A stretch of 64,000 nucleotides of DNA, taken from Promethearchaeota archaeon. Lineage in GTDB: Archaea; Asgardarchaeota; Lokiarchaeia; Sigyniarchaeales; SOKP01. This document shows, piece by piece, positions 1 through 10,095 of this stretch (its first letter is position 1; each line of letters begins with the position of its first letter). The position numbers and the translations under genes are program-made. The notes below the pieces were generated by a model, which did no database searches, had not been told where the DNA came from, and saw nothing but the letters and a program-made list of their open reading frames with translations. The stretch lies in assembly GCA_048938895.1 (NCBI GenBank), contig JBHLLU010000003.1:32001-96000 (forward strand), in the 5' to 3' direction.

Positions 1-215
1 GATTAAATATTGCAGGTTTACTTGGAGGAGCGGTTATTACTGAAACGACTTTTGGATTAAATGGGGTAGGTAAATTATTTATTGATGCTATACTATTGTA
101 TGATTATTGGGTGTTAGCAGCGTTGGTATTTCTTATAACCATTATCTTCATTATTGCAAATCTAATGACGGATGTAATCTATGCAATTTTAGATCCAAGA
201 ATAAGATATTCCTAG
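1..215 (+). CDS. Oligopeptide/dipeptide ABC transporter permease (DppB/OppB type), 3' fragment
   Basis: Frame starting at nt 3 reads LNIAGLLGGAVITETTFGLNGVGKLF...NLMTDVIYAILDPRIRYS* (TAG 213-215), the typical DppB C-terminus. Truncated by the window start and absent from the ORF track. Confidence 0.9.
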   Translation, partial: LNIAGLLGGAVITETTFGLNGVGKLFIDAILLYDYWVLAALVFLITIIFIIANLMTDVIYAILDPRIRYS

Positions 216-222
216 TAAGAAT

Positions 223-1245
223 GTGAATTTTTTAATGGAAAAATCTTATTTAATAGTAGGACAAGAAGAAATAGAAGAATTTGAATCTCAAACTAAAATT
301 CCAAAGAGAATAACTTTATGGTTTTTTAATAATATCAAATTTCTAATTCTCCCGGGATCCAGACTAGAAGAATTAGATATTAGAGAATTTGAATTTGAGA
401 GAACTGCAACAAAAAGACATCTAATTAAGAGATTAAAGAATCCCTTAACTATTCTGGGTTTTTGTATAATTTTTTTAATCGTTACTTTAGCAGTTTTTGC
501 CCCATGGATTTCACCCCAATCATTTGAATATGCAATGATCCCTCAGCCAGGTTCATGGAGCCCTCCATCTCTCGAACATCCCTTAGGACAAACAGCTATG
601 GGTGGGGATGTATTGTCCAGATTAATTTGGGGTGCGAGAACATCTCTAACAATTGCTCTTCCGTCGCTTACTCTAAGTGTAGTAGGAGGTGTAGTATTTG
701 GTGTACTCGCTGCGTATTATGGAGGATGGGTAGATACATTGATCATGAGAATTTGTGATGTCTTCCTTGCATTTCCAGGTTTAATACTAGCATTAGTGTT
801 CATAGCAATTTATGGTCCAATAATGGAGATGATACTTTTAATTTATGGATTTCTAGGTATTCCTTTTTATGCTCGTCTTATTAGAGGAAATGTATTATTA
901 GCTCGAGATCTTCCTTATATTAGTGCAGCTAAAACATCTGGAGCGGGGAATTGGAGGATTATGTTTAGACATATTCTGCCTAATGTGATACAACCCATAA
1001 TCATTTCTGTTACTTTTAATCTGGGGACAGTAATCTTAGGATTAGCTGGTCTTTCCTTTTTAGGTATGAATCAGTCTGTCTTAATTGAATGGGGAAATGA
1101 CATAAATGTTGCTCGAGAAAATCCATATGAGTCACCATGGGCAGGATTATGGCCAGGATTTATGATATTTTTAACAGTATTGGGTTTTATGCTGGTTGGC
1201 GATGGCTTACGAGATGCTTTAGATCCAAGGTTGAAAAATTTATAA
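223..1245 (+). CDS. Oligopeptide/dipeptide ABC transporter permease (DppC/OppC type)
   Basis: HPLGQTAMGGDVLSRLIWGARTSL, EAA-like loop, RHILPN, GDGLRDALDPR C-terminus. The start may be the ATG at 235. Confidence 0.9.
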   Translation: MNFLMEKSYLIVGQEEIEEFESQTKIPKRITLWFFNNIKFLILPGSRLEELDIREFEFERTATKRHLIKRLKNPLTILGFCIIFLIVTLAVFAPWISPQSFEYAMIPQPGSWSPPSLEHPLGQTAMGGDVLSRLIWGARTSLTIALPSLTLSVVGGVVFGVLAAYYGGWVDTLIMRICDVFLAFPGLILALVFIAIYGPIMEMILLIYGFLGIPFYARLIRGNVLLARDLPYISAAKTSGAGNWRIMFRHILPNVIQPIIISVTFNLGTVILGLAGLSFLGMNQSVLIEWGNDINVARENPYESPWAGLWPGFMIFLTVLGFMLVGDGLRDALDPRLKNL

Positions 1246-1396
1246 CTTTTTTTTCTTTTATTATTAACTTTCAATAAGTATATGAAATATTCATTAAGTT
1301 GGCTAGTTTCTCATAAAACTTTTTTTATTAAGAAAATTTAAAAAGAAATTAACCAAGAATATAGGAAAACTTAATTCTATTTGGATGTGAATTAAA

Positions 1397-2230
1397 ATTT
1401 CTGAAAATTATGCAATACTAACCAATAATCTCACAAAAAATTTCGGAAACGTCATAGCAGTTAACAATTTAAACCTAAAAATTCCATATGGGATAACATT
1501 TGGATTACTTGGTCCAAACGGAGCCGGAAAAACAACGACCGTTAGGATGCTTAATTCAATTATAACTCCAACGTCTGGTACTGCTAAAGTGGTAGGATAT
1601 GATATTATTGAACAAAGCCAAGACGTAAAAATCAATTCTGGATTCTTGCCTGAAACACCAGGTTTATACCAGAAATTAACCGCAAAAGAATTCTTAGAGT
1701 TTGTAGGTGAATTATATTATTTGCCAAAGAATGTAATTTCTAATCGCATTGATGAATTGATAAGTATTTTTGATTTAGAGGGGCGTGAAAATGATCTTCT
1801 AGAAGGATATAGTAGGGGAATGAAACAAAAAGTATGCTTATGTGCAGCTTTAATTCAAGATCCAAAGATTATATTTTTAGATGAACCCACGTCAAATTTA
1901 GATCCTGCAGCTGCGAGAATGGTTAAAGATCTAATATCAGATCTTGCAAAGAAGGCAGATAAAACGATATTTATCTGTACCCATCTTCTCGATGCCGCTG
2001 AAGAATTATGCGATTTAATCGGGATAATTGATAATGGTATATTAAAAGTAAAAGGAACCCCTCAAGAAATTATTAAATCAACTGAAACAAATGATTTAGA
2101 AGAGGCATACCTCAAAATAATGGGTGCTAAACATATGGAAGATTTATTAGTGTGGCGAGAAGAACTTCCAAAAAACCTTGAGAAAGTGAAGAAGGTTAAA
2201 AAAAAGAAAAAGAAGTTGAAAAATAAATAA
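1397..2230 (+). CDS. ABC transporter ATP-binding protein (ABC-2/multidrug type)
   Basis: Walker A (GLLGPNGAGKTT) lies in frame upstream of the track ATG at 1547, and the frame is open back to TGA 1388-1390. Signature YSRGMKQK and Walker B IFLDEPT are present. Start inferred at ATT 1397 (or 1391). Confidence 0.85.
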   Translation: MSENYAILTNNLTKNFGNVIAVNNLNLKIPYGITFGLLGPNGAGKTTTVRMLNSIITPTSGTAKVVGYDIIEQSQDVKINSGFLPETPGLYQKLTAKEFLEFVGELYYLPKNVISNRIDELISIFDLEGRENDLLEGYSRGMKQKVCLCAALIQDPKIIFLDEPTSNLDPAAARMVKDLISDLAKKADKTIFICTHLLDAAEELCDLIGIIDNGILKVKGTPQEIIKSTETNDLEEAYLKIMGAKHMEDLLVWREELPKNLEKVKKVKKKKKKLKNK

Positions 2231-3831
2231 TGGCACTCTGGAAAGCTATAGCTAAAAATGAGATCAAATTAAGAACAAGTCGTTTTCGTAAAAACAGAAT
2301 ATTATTTTTAGGGATGATATATAGTTTTCTTTTGTTATGGGCATTCTTGTTATGTCCCGTTATTTTTGACCTTTTTATGCCTACAATAATAAATGAAATT
2401 GGTTCTGAAATTTTAATGGTTGTTTCTCTATTAATTGAATTTGGGATGATGGCATTCTTTTTGGGCATCCTAATTTATCCACTAAATACCGTATATAGAA
2501 AGACTGAAATTGGTTTCAAAGAAGTATTATTAGCTTCCCCCGCTACCTCTGGGGATATTTTTTTGGGAGAATATATAGGTAAATTCCCAATTTATACCGC
2601 TATTATTTTAATCGTGACTCCATTAATCATTGGTATGTTAAATCCAATTATAAATCTAACTATTATTCAATATCTAATTATATATCTGTGCATTTTTGGA
2701 ATGGTACTTTTTGCTGCGTTGCTAGGATCAGTAATCTCATCTTGGCTTGAACATAGAATAGCAAAAAGCGAAAGAGCTCGAGATTTAGGTAAAGTTATTA
2801 TGTTTTTGCTTTCTATAGCAATTGTTGTAATAATGTATTCTCTCCAATTCTTGTTTAATTTTCTTATTAACAACCCCCAACTGAGAAATTGGGTTAGTTT
2901 CTATCCTTCAATATGGTTTTCAAATATAATCTTGTATTATATAGATCCAAGCTTAATAAGCAATTATTTTTTAAATATCTGGTTTAGTAGTTTAATTGTC
3001 ATTTCAGTTCCTACCTTTATACTCTATATTTCATATAAAAAAGCAGAGAGATTTTTCACTGTTGAAGGAGGGATTGAAAAAATATCAATTGTTATTGAAA
3101 GGGAAAATAAATTCTTTCAAATGATTAGGAAATTTGCAGGTCACAAGTGGGAAGGATTAATTATTACTCAACTAAAAGAATTTCTAAGAAAAAGAGAAAC
3201 AATTATGAAAATTGTTTATGTCTGTGGTATCGTGAGTGTGTTAGGTGTGTTTTTCTCTCTTCCTATAGGTGCAGAAGAAAATATAATACAATCAATGATT
3301 ATTGTAACACTTATTATTACGGGAGGGATGATGTATGGGTTTCTTTTTGGAAGTTATATTTTTGTGGGATCAAAGGATTTAATTTGGGTCTATAAAAGGA
3401 GTCCCAGAAATATTCGAGCTTTAGTTTATTCCTATATCTTATCAATGTTAATACTTAATATTATCATGACCTTAGGTTTAACCTGCTTTTTTACATTCTT
3501 TTTCAAGTTTGATTTCTTTACAATTCTCTTTTTCTTTGCATTTTATTTAATCTATAATCAGTTAGTCCTTTTTCAAGCAATAGGACTTCAATGTTTTAGT
3601 CCATCTTTTGAAGAAAAAGGGCGCGTAATGGCTACAAATAATTTAATTCTCATGGTCCTACAATTTGTTCCATTCCAGTTTATTATTACAGCCCTCTTGA
3701 TTTTATTTAGCCCTCCATCATCCCCAAATGCCGCAAAATTTTACTTCTTAAGTCCATTTCTGCTCATTTCTACCATAATTGCCCTTCCTTTATTATTTGT
3801 TGGTATTAAGCATTTGAGTAAAATTGAGTAA
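2230..3831 (+). CDS. ABC exporter permease, about 12 TM helices
   Basis: Very hydrophobic 533 aa protein with two halves; TAATG overlap with the ATPase gene. Confidence 0.75.
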   Translation: MALWKAIAKNEIKLRTSRFRKNRILFLGMIYSFLLLWAFLLCPVIFDLFMPTIINEIGSEILMVVSLLIEFGMMAFFLGILIYPLNTVYRKTEIGFKEVLLASPATSGDIFLGEYIGKFPIYTAIILIVTPLIIGMLNPIINLTIIQYLIIYLCIFGMVLFAALLGSVISSWLEHRIAKSERARDLGKVIMFLLSIAIVVIMYSLQFLFNFLINNPQLRNWVSFYPSIWFSNIILYYIDPSLISNYFLNIWFSSLIVISVPTFILYISYKKAERFFTVEGGIEKISIVIERENKFFQMIRKFAGHKWEGLIITQLKEFLRKRETIMKIVYVCGIVSVLGVFFSLPIGAEENIIQSMIIVTLIITGGMMYGFLFGSYIFVGSKDLIWVYKRSPRNIRALVYSYILSMLILNIIMTLGLTCFFTFFFKFDFFTILFFFAFYLIYNQLVLFQAIGLQCFSPSFEEKGRVMATNNLILMVLQFVPFQFIITALLILFSPPSSPNAAKFYFLSPFLLISTIIALPLLFVGIKHLSKIE

Positions 3832-3864
3832 AAAAAGATGATAAATAGCACTACAAGGAATTAA

Positions 3865-5682
3865 TCATTTTTCATAACTCCCAAATTGAGGAATTTTCTT
3901 AAGTTGATCTGAATTAAAAATTGGCCCATCTTTACAAATAGAAATATCATTATTCTCACCAACACAACAGGACCCACATAAACCAACACCACATTTCATT
4001 TTTCTCTCGAGGGAAGCTTGAATTTGAATATTCTTTGACTCCGCTAAATCTAATACTTTTTTCATCATTACCTCTGGACCACATGTGATAATTAAATCAA
4101 TTTTGCTATTAATTATAAGATCCTCAATTGTGTCTGTTACATAACATTTTCTTCCAAATGAGCCATCGTCGGTAGAACACATGGTGTTTGGGAGAAGTTC
4201 TATTAACCTATCAGCAAAAATTAAAGAAGCTTGGTCTTTAGCGCCTATAGTTACTATTACATTCTTTTTATTTTGTTTTAATGGTTCAATTAATGACGTT
4301 AAAGCAGCAATTCCCATTCCTCCTCCAACAATTAGAATGTTTGATGCATCTTCATAATTCCATGTATTGCCAAAGGGTCCTCTGATGCCAATTTTTTCAC
4401 CTACGTTAAGTTCAAATAATCTGGCTGTACCATCACCAATTTTTTGGACAGTAATTTCGACAAGATTGCCCTCTATGTTTGAAATAGACATAGGTAAAAA
4501 ATCTGTGTCGGGAAGCCATAATATCACAAACATACCTGGTCTATATACTTTTGCAATTCTTTCACTCCGAATTTGAAAACTTCTAATTTCTGGTGAATGT
4601 TTGACAATTGATTCAATTTTTACCATGTCTGTTTTATGTCTTGTTAGATCTAGTACTAAATCCTTACTTTCATTTAAAAGATTTTTAGTCTCAAGAAAAC
4701 CTTTTTCCACACAAATATCAACTATTTCCTTTCCTCTTTTATTTCTAATAATCAGAGTTTTCCATTCATTCTCACTTCCGATATTTCCAACTGATATATC
4801 AGCAAATTCTGCAGTATAATCCGAACATGAAAAGCAAGCGTTTCGAATTGATTTATCATATATATAATTTAATGGTAAATCTTTAACACTAGAGTTTGTA
4901 AATATTTTTAATTTAAATTCGCTTTTATTTGAGTCAAATTTAATAATATCATTAGGATTTACACTAAAATCCTTAAAACATTGATTCAATAATTGGTTAT
5001 AATAAGTCCCAAAGCAAAACGTACCTATTGCCAGTGAAACTAAATCATATGCCTCAAAATCAAAAATAGGATGATTTTGGAGTTTTCTTAATGCTTGGAT
5101 CTGGCATGGGGTGCCCACGACGGCACTACTCGTATATTCCTTATTAATTGCTTCTCCTAATAATGATAATGTTGGGCTTTGGCTTGGTTTATATCCCACC
5201 CCACGAAATAATTCTTTTTGATTTGATGCCATTATAGGATAGGGTATAAAGTTTTCATCTTTATCTGTAATTATGGCACAATCAATTAATTCCTCTTCCA
5301 TTGCCGTATATAATAATGTAGTAATTGGTCCTGCTTCAATAGAGAGTTGTTCTTTTGCCTTATCAGTTAATCTTACAGATATTATTTCCAGGTAATGCCC
5401 CAATATTTTCTCATACTCCTTCCCAAAAACCCATTTATCTAGTAGATCTACAGGGATTTGATCGATTCCTGTTTTTGGGCAAAGATTATAACATAGTCCA
5501 AATCCATCTCTACATGTATTACTGTCTTTGCAGGAACCATCCTCTATTGGAATTTCTTTTGACTTATCAAATTTGATATTAGCACAAAAAGCAGCACATG
5601 CTCCGCAATATACACATTTCCCTGTTCTAATTATTTCTGATTCTAATTCCTTCCAGCCTTTTTTGATTTTATGAATATACAT
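3865..5682 (-). CDS. Fusion of an FrhB/FdhB-like F420-binding subunit and a PyrK/NfnA-like FAD/NAD-binding [2Fe-2S] domain
   Basis: N-half has CVYCGACAAFC, VGTPCQIQALRK, GTFCFG and ACFSCSDYTAEFADISVGNIGS. C-half has RPGMFVILW, IRGPFG, VGGGMGIAAL, TCGPEVMM and MKCGVGLCGSC...CKDGPIF. Likely start is ATG 5682; the track gives 5700. Confidence 0.85.
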   Translation of the reverse strand: MYIHKIKKGWKELESEIIRTGKCVYCGACAAFCANIKFDKSKEIPIEDGSCKDSNTCRDGFGLCYNLCPKTGIDQIPVDLLDKWVFGKEYEKILGHYLEIISVRLTDKAKEQLSIEAGPITTLLYTAMEEELIDCAIITDKDENFIPYPIMASNQKELFRGVGYKPSQSPTLSLLGEAINKEYTSSAVVGTPCQIQALRKLQNHPIFDFEAYDLVSLAIGTFCFGTYYNQLLNQCFKDFSVNPNDIIKFDSNKSEFKLKIFTNSSVKDLPLNYIYDKSIRNACFSCSDYTAEFADISVGNIGSENEWKTLIIRNKRGKEIVDICVEKGFLETKNLLNESKDLVLDLTRHKTDMVKIESIVKHSPEIRSFQIRSERIAKVYRPGMFVILWLPDTDFLPMSISNIEGNLVEITVQKIGDGTARLFELNVGEKIGIRGPFGNTWNYEDASNILIVGGGMGIAALTSLIEPLKQNKKNVIVTIGAKDQASLIFADRLIELLPNTMCSTDDGSFGRKCYVTDTIEDLIINSKIDLIITCGPEVMMKKVLDLAESKNIQIQASLERKMKCGVGLCGSCCVGENNDISICKDGPIFNSDQLKKIPQFGSYEK

Positions 5683-5686
5683 ATCT

Positions 5687-6283
5687 TTAATTACCCCCAT
5701 TTAGCTTTTTTAAGAAATCTAGTGCTTCTTTTTTTCCAAGTTCAAAAGCTTCCATATTTTTTTTGAGTGTGGCGCTAGGCACAAATTTTTTCAGAGTTTC
5801 AATTGCAGATTCTTCTGATATTATTCTTGAAAGAATGGTGAACGCTCCAAATAAAATTGAATTTCCAAACACAATATTTCCAAAATTTTCAACGGCTAAT
5901 TTCTGAACAGGGATACTTAAAGATTTTTTTATCTGTTGTGCTATTTTAAATTCCTGGATCGTAGATGGATCCCAGATAAGATATCCTGTATTTTCCTCAG
6001 CTTTAAATTGATCAGGACCAACTCGTGCTGCTGATTCCCCAGAAAGTACAATCAAAAAATCATATGGTTTTAGAGCTTGAGGATAATCAATAGATTTTAT
6101 ATCTTTATCCAACTCCACAACCACTTCTGCCCAACACGCACCACCTCGAGCAGAAGCGCTATATGCTTCCGTTTGGGTAGCAGCTAAGTTTTCATAAAGT
6201 GATGCAGCAGTAATAATCATTTTTGATAATGTAATTACTCCCTGTCCACCAAATCCCGCAATACGTATTTCATATCTAGCCAA
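5687..6283 (-). CDS. korC: 2-oxoacid:ferredoxin oxidoreductase gamma subunit
   Basis: EIRIAGFGGQGVI, YSASARGG, NSILFGA, KNMEAFELG; TTG start. Confidence 0.85.
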   Translation of the reverse strand: MARYEIRIAGFGGQGVITLSKMIITAASLYENLAATQTEAYSASARGGACWAEVVVELDKDIKSIDYPQALKPYDFLIVLSGESAARVGPDQFKAEENTGYLIWDPSTIQEFKIAQQIKKSLSIPVQKLAVENFGNIVFGNSILFGAFTILSRIISEESAIETLKKFVPSATLKKNMEAFELGKKEALDFLKKLNGGN

Positions 6284-6286
6284 TCT

Positions 6287-7192
6287 TTATTCCTCTCCCA
6301 TAGCTATTTGCTTTATTTTTTCATATTCTTCACAATATTCTGGTTTATTAGGTTCATATCTGAATTCTCCGATGACATATTTATTTAGCAATTCTTCTTC
6401 AGTCATGAATTTTGCTTGGTTAATACGTACACTATTTCTTTTTATCCAATCAATCATTATACCTGTATTATCCATTTTCTGTCCTTTTATACCTAAATTT
6501 TCAGCACCTAAACTATCGAGATTTTTTCTTCCAAAATACGTAATACAAGGAGTTATTATCTCTATTACAGAAGTACCTTTATGATTTAATCCCTTCTTAA
6601 AATATTTCATTAATGTCCTTGGGTGAGCAACTGTTGTTCTGGCAACATAAGAAGCACCTGCAGTGAGTGCAAGTTTTACCCCATCGGTTCTATTTTCAAA
6701 CATTTTATAAGGTGTTGTTGAACTCATTGCACCAAATAAAGTTGTGGGTGCCCCTTGTCCTCCTGTCATGGCATAAATACTATTATTGAAAATAAGAATT
6801 ACACAATCAAGATTTCTTCGGCAAATATGCATAAAATGATTTCCTCCGATTCCTAAACAATCACCATCTCCAGTAAAAATAATAGGTTTCATTTTTGGGT
6901 TTGCCATTTTCATTCCTGTTGCTAGTGCTGGTGCGCGCCCATGTAATGTAAGTATTCTCTGAGTAGCATGGTGTAAAGTCAATAAAATCTGACCATAGCA
7001 TCCAATGCCAATTACTACCGGATATAGTTTAGGATCTAATTTTTCATCTTCAAAAACACGATTGAAAAGGTGACCTATAATTCCATATCCACATCCCGCG
7101 CAGAAAAGAGAGAAGTATCTCTTGAAATATTTTCCTGGCATCGAAATAGAGAGGTATGGATGCTCTGGTTGTTCACTTGGATATGTCGACAT
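6287..7192 (-). CDS. korB: 2-oxoacid:ferredoxin oxidoreductase beta subunit (TPP-binding)
   Basis: FCAGCG, GIGC, LHGRA, GDGD...NNSIYAMTGGQ, PCITY. Confidence 0.9.
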   Translation of the reverse strand: MSTYPSEQPEHPYLSISMPGKYFKRYFSLFCAGCGYGIIGHLFNRVFEDEKLDPKLYPVVIGIGCYGQILLTLHHATQRILTLHGRAPALATGMKMANPKMKPIIFTGDGDCLGIGGNHFMHICRRNLDCVILIFNNSIYAMTGGQGAPTTLFGAMSSTTPYKMFENRTDGVKLALTAGASYVARTTVAHPRTLMKYFKKGLNHKGTSVIEIITPCITYFGRKNLDSLGAENLGIKGQKMDNTGIMIDWIKRNSVRINQAKFMTEEELLNKYVIGEFRYEPNKPEYCEEYEKIKQIAMGEE

Positions 7193-8364
7193 TATTTTGC
7201 CACCTCCCTTATTACTTTTAAAATATCATCTGGATGATGAAAATCGCATATTTTAGGAATTTTTATTATAGGAATTTCTAATTTTGTTACTCGTTCGACT
7301 TGTTCTGCTATTATCCCAGTATAATTCAATTCAGGTACAATTACGGCTTTCGCGTTTTTTACGACATTCTTTACTTTTTCATCTGGAAATGGCCATAAAG
7401 TTATTAGCCGAAAAATCCCAACTTTAATTCCTTCCTTGCGTGCGATATCAACAGCACGATAACTAGTTCTAATTGGTAAGCCATATGAGATAATAATTAT
7501 TTCCGCATCCTCCATTTTATATTCTTCAGTCAGAGAAATTTTATCTAAATTAGTCTTTAGTTTATCAGTTAGCATCTTTGTGAAGGGAAGTGCCTGTCCC
7601 CTAGAGGACATTCCATTAGAACTATGTGGTTGATGAAGGAACATTAATGGTACATAATCAGTGCCCATAATTGGTGGTTTTGGGATTATGTATGAGTTTG
7701 TTTTATTATCAAAATATGAAAATTTATTTGTGAAATCACTAGGTAATTCACGAGAAATTACTCTCTCGATAATTTCCTCTTTTGGCGGTATAACCAATGG
7801 TTCATGAAGATGGCCTAAATACGCATCTGATACAAGAAAAACGGGACAGCGATACATCTCAGCAAAATTAAATGCTGTGATTGTTAAATCAAAAAGCTCT
7901 TGACAATTCATTGGGGCAAGTGCTATAACCCCAAATTCTCCATTACCTGCAAATCTCATTAAACCTAAATCATTATGATGAGGTTCGGTTACAAATCCAG
8001 TACCAGGACCATTTCTTTGAACATCACAAAACACAAAAGGGATTTCCAAGCAAGCTGCCATACTAATAGTTTCCACCATCAAAGAAAATCCGGGGCCTGA
8101 TGTTGCTGTCATTGATTTTGCTCCCACTAAAGATGCGCCCATTACTGCATTTATTGACGCCAATTCATCTTCCATCTGCATACAAACTCCTCCAACTTGA
8201 GGCATCCTAAATGCTAAATGCTCAATAACCTCTGTACTAGGTGTAATTGGATATCCCCCAAAAAAGTTAAGGCCTGCAGATAAAGCACCTTCTGCCATAG
8301 CAACATTACCCATCATAACATGCTTTCCTTCTGGTAAATATCTTTTATTATTTTTATCTCCCAT
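7192..8364 (-). CDS. korA: 2-oxoacid:ferredoxin oxidoreductase alpha subunit
   Basis: GYPITPSTE, QMEDELAS, TATSGPGFSLM, QRNGPGTG. Confidence 0.9.
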   Translation of the reverse strand: MGDKNNKRYLPEGKHVMMGNVAMAEGALSAGLNFFGGYPITPSTEVIEHLAFRMPQVGGVCMQMEDELASINAVMGASLVGAKSMTATSGPGFSLMVETISMAACLEIPFVFCDVQRNGPGTGFVTEPHHNDLGLMRFAGNGEFGVIALAPMNCQELFDLTITAFNFAEMYRCPVFLVSDAYLGHLHEPLVIPPKEEIIERVISRELPSDFTNKFSYFDNKTNSYIIPKPPIMGTDYVPLMFLHQPHSSNGMSSRGQALPFTKMLTDKLKTNLDKISLTEEYKMEDAEIIIISYGLPIRTSYRAVDIARKEGIKVGIFRLITLWPFPDEKVKNVVKNAKAVIVPELNYTGIIAEQVERVTKLEIPIIKIPKICDFHHPDDILKVIREVAK

Positions 8365-8377
8365 TCATCTCGCCTTC

Positions 8378-8641
8378 CTAGGTTTTAGCTTTCTCATTAC
8401 TTCTTTCTTTTTCGTCTAATACATAAATGCACCAATCAGGACATGCAAATTCACACCTTCTACATCCAGTGCAGTACTTTTCTTTACCTTCTACAACTTT
8501 AGGAACATAAGCAATCCTATAATTTAATTCTTCACTGAGTTCTAAGATCCCAGTTGGACATACTGCAATACAAGCTCTACATCCACCGCATCTACCTTTG
8601 TTTAAAAATAATGAGAATTTCTTTTCCTTATTTTCGATCAA
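8378..8641 (-). CDS. korD: 2x[4Fe-4S] ferredoxin / oxidoreductase delta subunit
   Basis: CGGCRACIAVCP and CTGCRRCEFACPDWCI; first gene of the operon; TTG start. Confidence 0.85.
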   Translation of the reverse strand: MIENKEKKFSLFLNKGRCGGCRACIAVCPTGILELSEELNYRIAYVPKVVEGKEKYCTGCRRCEFACPDWCIYVLDEKERSNEKAKT

Positions 8642-8808
8642 TTTCGGAATTTTAGTTCAACTTCTATTTTATTAAATTATAAATTAAAAATATTCTACTA
8701 ATTATAAATTTCAATCAATTTAGTATTAAGTTTTTGATTGAATTCTTAAATATTTTAAAATAGGAAATTAGATTATTAAAAACAATAGTGAATTCTGTTT
8801 ATTAATTA

Positions 8809-9540
8809 ATGATGCTTCTTAAACCGATGGAACCATTTGGGCTAGCCCTTAAGGAATTTTATCAAGGAAATGAGCAAGCTAAGGTAATATTTCTTCGAGA
8901 TGATGGATTAAGAGATGAATATTTTGTATCTCATTGTTTTAGAACTGAACGAGATTTTTCATCTATCGAAAAAAAGGCGTTAGATTTATGTTATGGAAAA
9001 AATCTAGATTTAGGAGCAGGAGTGGGACCACACAGTCTTGAACTCCAAAAAAAAGGATTTGAGGTTTACGCATTAGATATTTCATCTCACGCATGTGATA
9101 TTATGAAGAAGCGAGGTGTCAGAAATGTTATTTGTTCAGATGTTTATCAACTGGAAGAGAAGAATTTTGATACAATCTTATTAATGGGACGTGCAATTGG
9201 ATTTGTAGAAGATATATCTGGGTTACGGAAGTTTTTGGAATATTGCAAAGTTTTACTAAATCCAAATGGTCAAATTTTATTAGATTCTCTAGATGTAACC
9301 TTCCCTGATAATCTTCCCCCCCAACATTTAGCATATCAAGAGAGAAACCGAAAAATGGGGAGATATGTTGGAGTTATAGGTCTTCAAATGGAATACAAGG
9401 GGATGTTAGGTGAAAAATTTAGACTCTTACATGTTGATTCTCAAACCTTAAAAAAATGTGCAACAGAATTAGGGTGGTTTTTTGAACTGATTATTCAAGA
9501 GGCAGAAGGAAGCTACTTATGTAGAATTTTCAGAGATTGA
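8809..9540 (+). CDS. Class I SAM-dependent methyltransferase
   Basis: LDLGAGVG motif I, YALDIS, FDTILL, LLNPNGQIL. Confidence 0.85.
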   Translation: MMLLKPMEPFGLALKEFYQGNEQAKVIFLRDDGLRDEYFVSHCFRTERDFSSIEKKALDLCYGKNLDLGAGVGPHSLELQKKGFEVYALDISSHACDIMKKRGVRNVICSDVYQLEEKNFDTILLMGRAIGFVEDISGLRKFLEYCKVLLNPNGQILLDSLDVTFPDNLPPQHLAYQERNRKMGRYVGVIGLQMEYKGMLGEKFRLLHVDSQTLKKCATELGWFFELIIQEAEGSYLCRIFRD

Positions 9541-9569
9541 TTTTATACAAAATAATTGTTAAGATTAAA

Positions 9570-10082
9570 TCATTTAAGTTCTTCCAATAAATATCGGTCT
9601 AAGCCACCGATTTTAAGGAGATTTAAAAGTATTGGATGAATTTCAACTCCTTTAAACTTTTTTCCGGTAAACAAATTAATAACTTCCGCCTTGGGAATGT
9701 TAATTTCGATTTCTTCACCTGTCTTGAATTGCTTTGAGACATTTTCAACCTCTAATACAGTAAGAGCACGAGCAAATGAAGAACGATAAAAAATCCTAGC
9801 AAATGATTCAGCAACAATAGCTAAAATCCCTTTTTGCTGTAATATAGATGGAGCTGTTTCTCTACTTGAACCGCATCCAAAATTTTTACCTGCTACAATA
9901 ATATCACCATCTTTCACTTTACTTGGAAATTCCTTATATATTGTTTCACAGGTGTGTTCTGACATTTCTTTTGGATTATCTATATATTTGCTAGGGGAAA
10001 TAACATCTGTATCAACATTATCAGGAAAAACCCATATCTTTCCTCTTATAATATCTCTATATTCCTTATCCCTCTTTGTAAT
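9570..10082 (-). CDS. leuD: 3-isopropylmalate dehydratase/homoaconitase small subunit
   Basis: AGKNFGCGSSRE and AESFARIFYR are present. The conserved N-terminal GKIWVFPDNVDTDVISP lies in frame upstream of the track ATG (9965). Start inferred at ATT 10082, 6 nt after GAGGTGG. Could be hacB. Confidence 0.85.
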   Translation of the reverse strand: MTKRDKEYRDIIRGKIWVFPDNVDTDVISPSKYIDNPKEMSEHTCETIYKEFPSKVKDGDIIVAGKNFGCGSSRETAPSILQQKGILAIVAESFARIFYRSSFARALTVLEVENVSKQFKTGEEIEINIPKAEVINLFTGKKFKGVEIHPILLNLLKIGGLDRYLLEELK

Positions 10083-10095
10083 TTTTTTCCACCTC

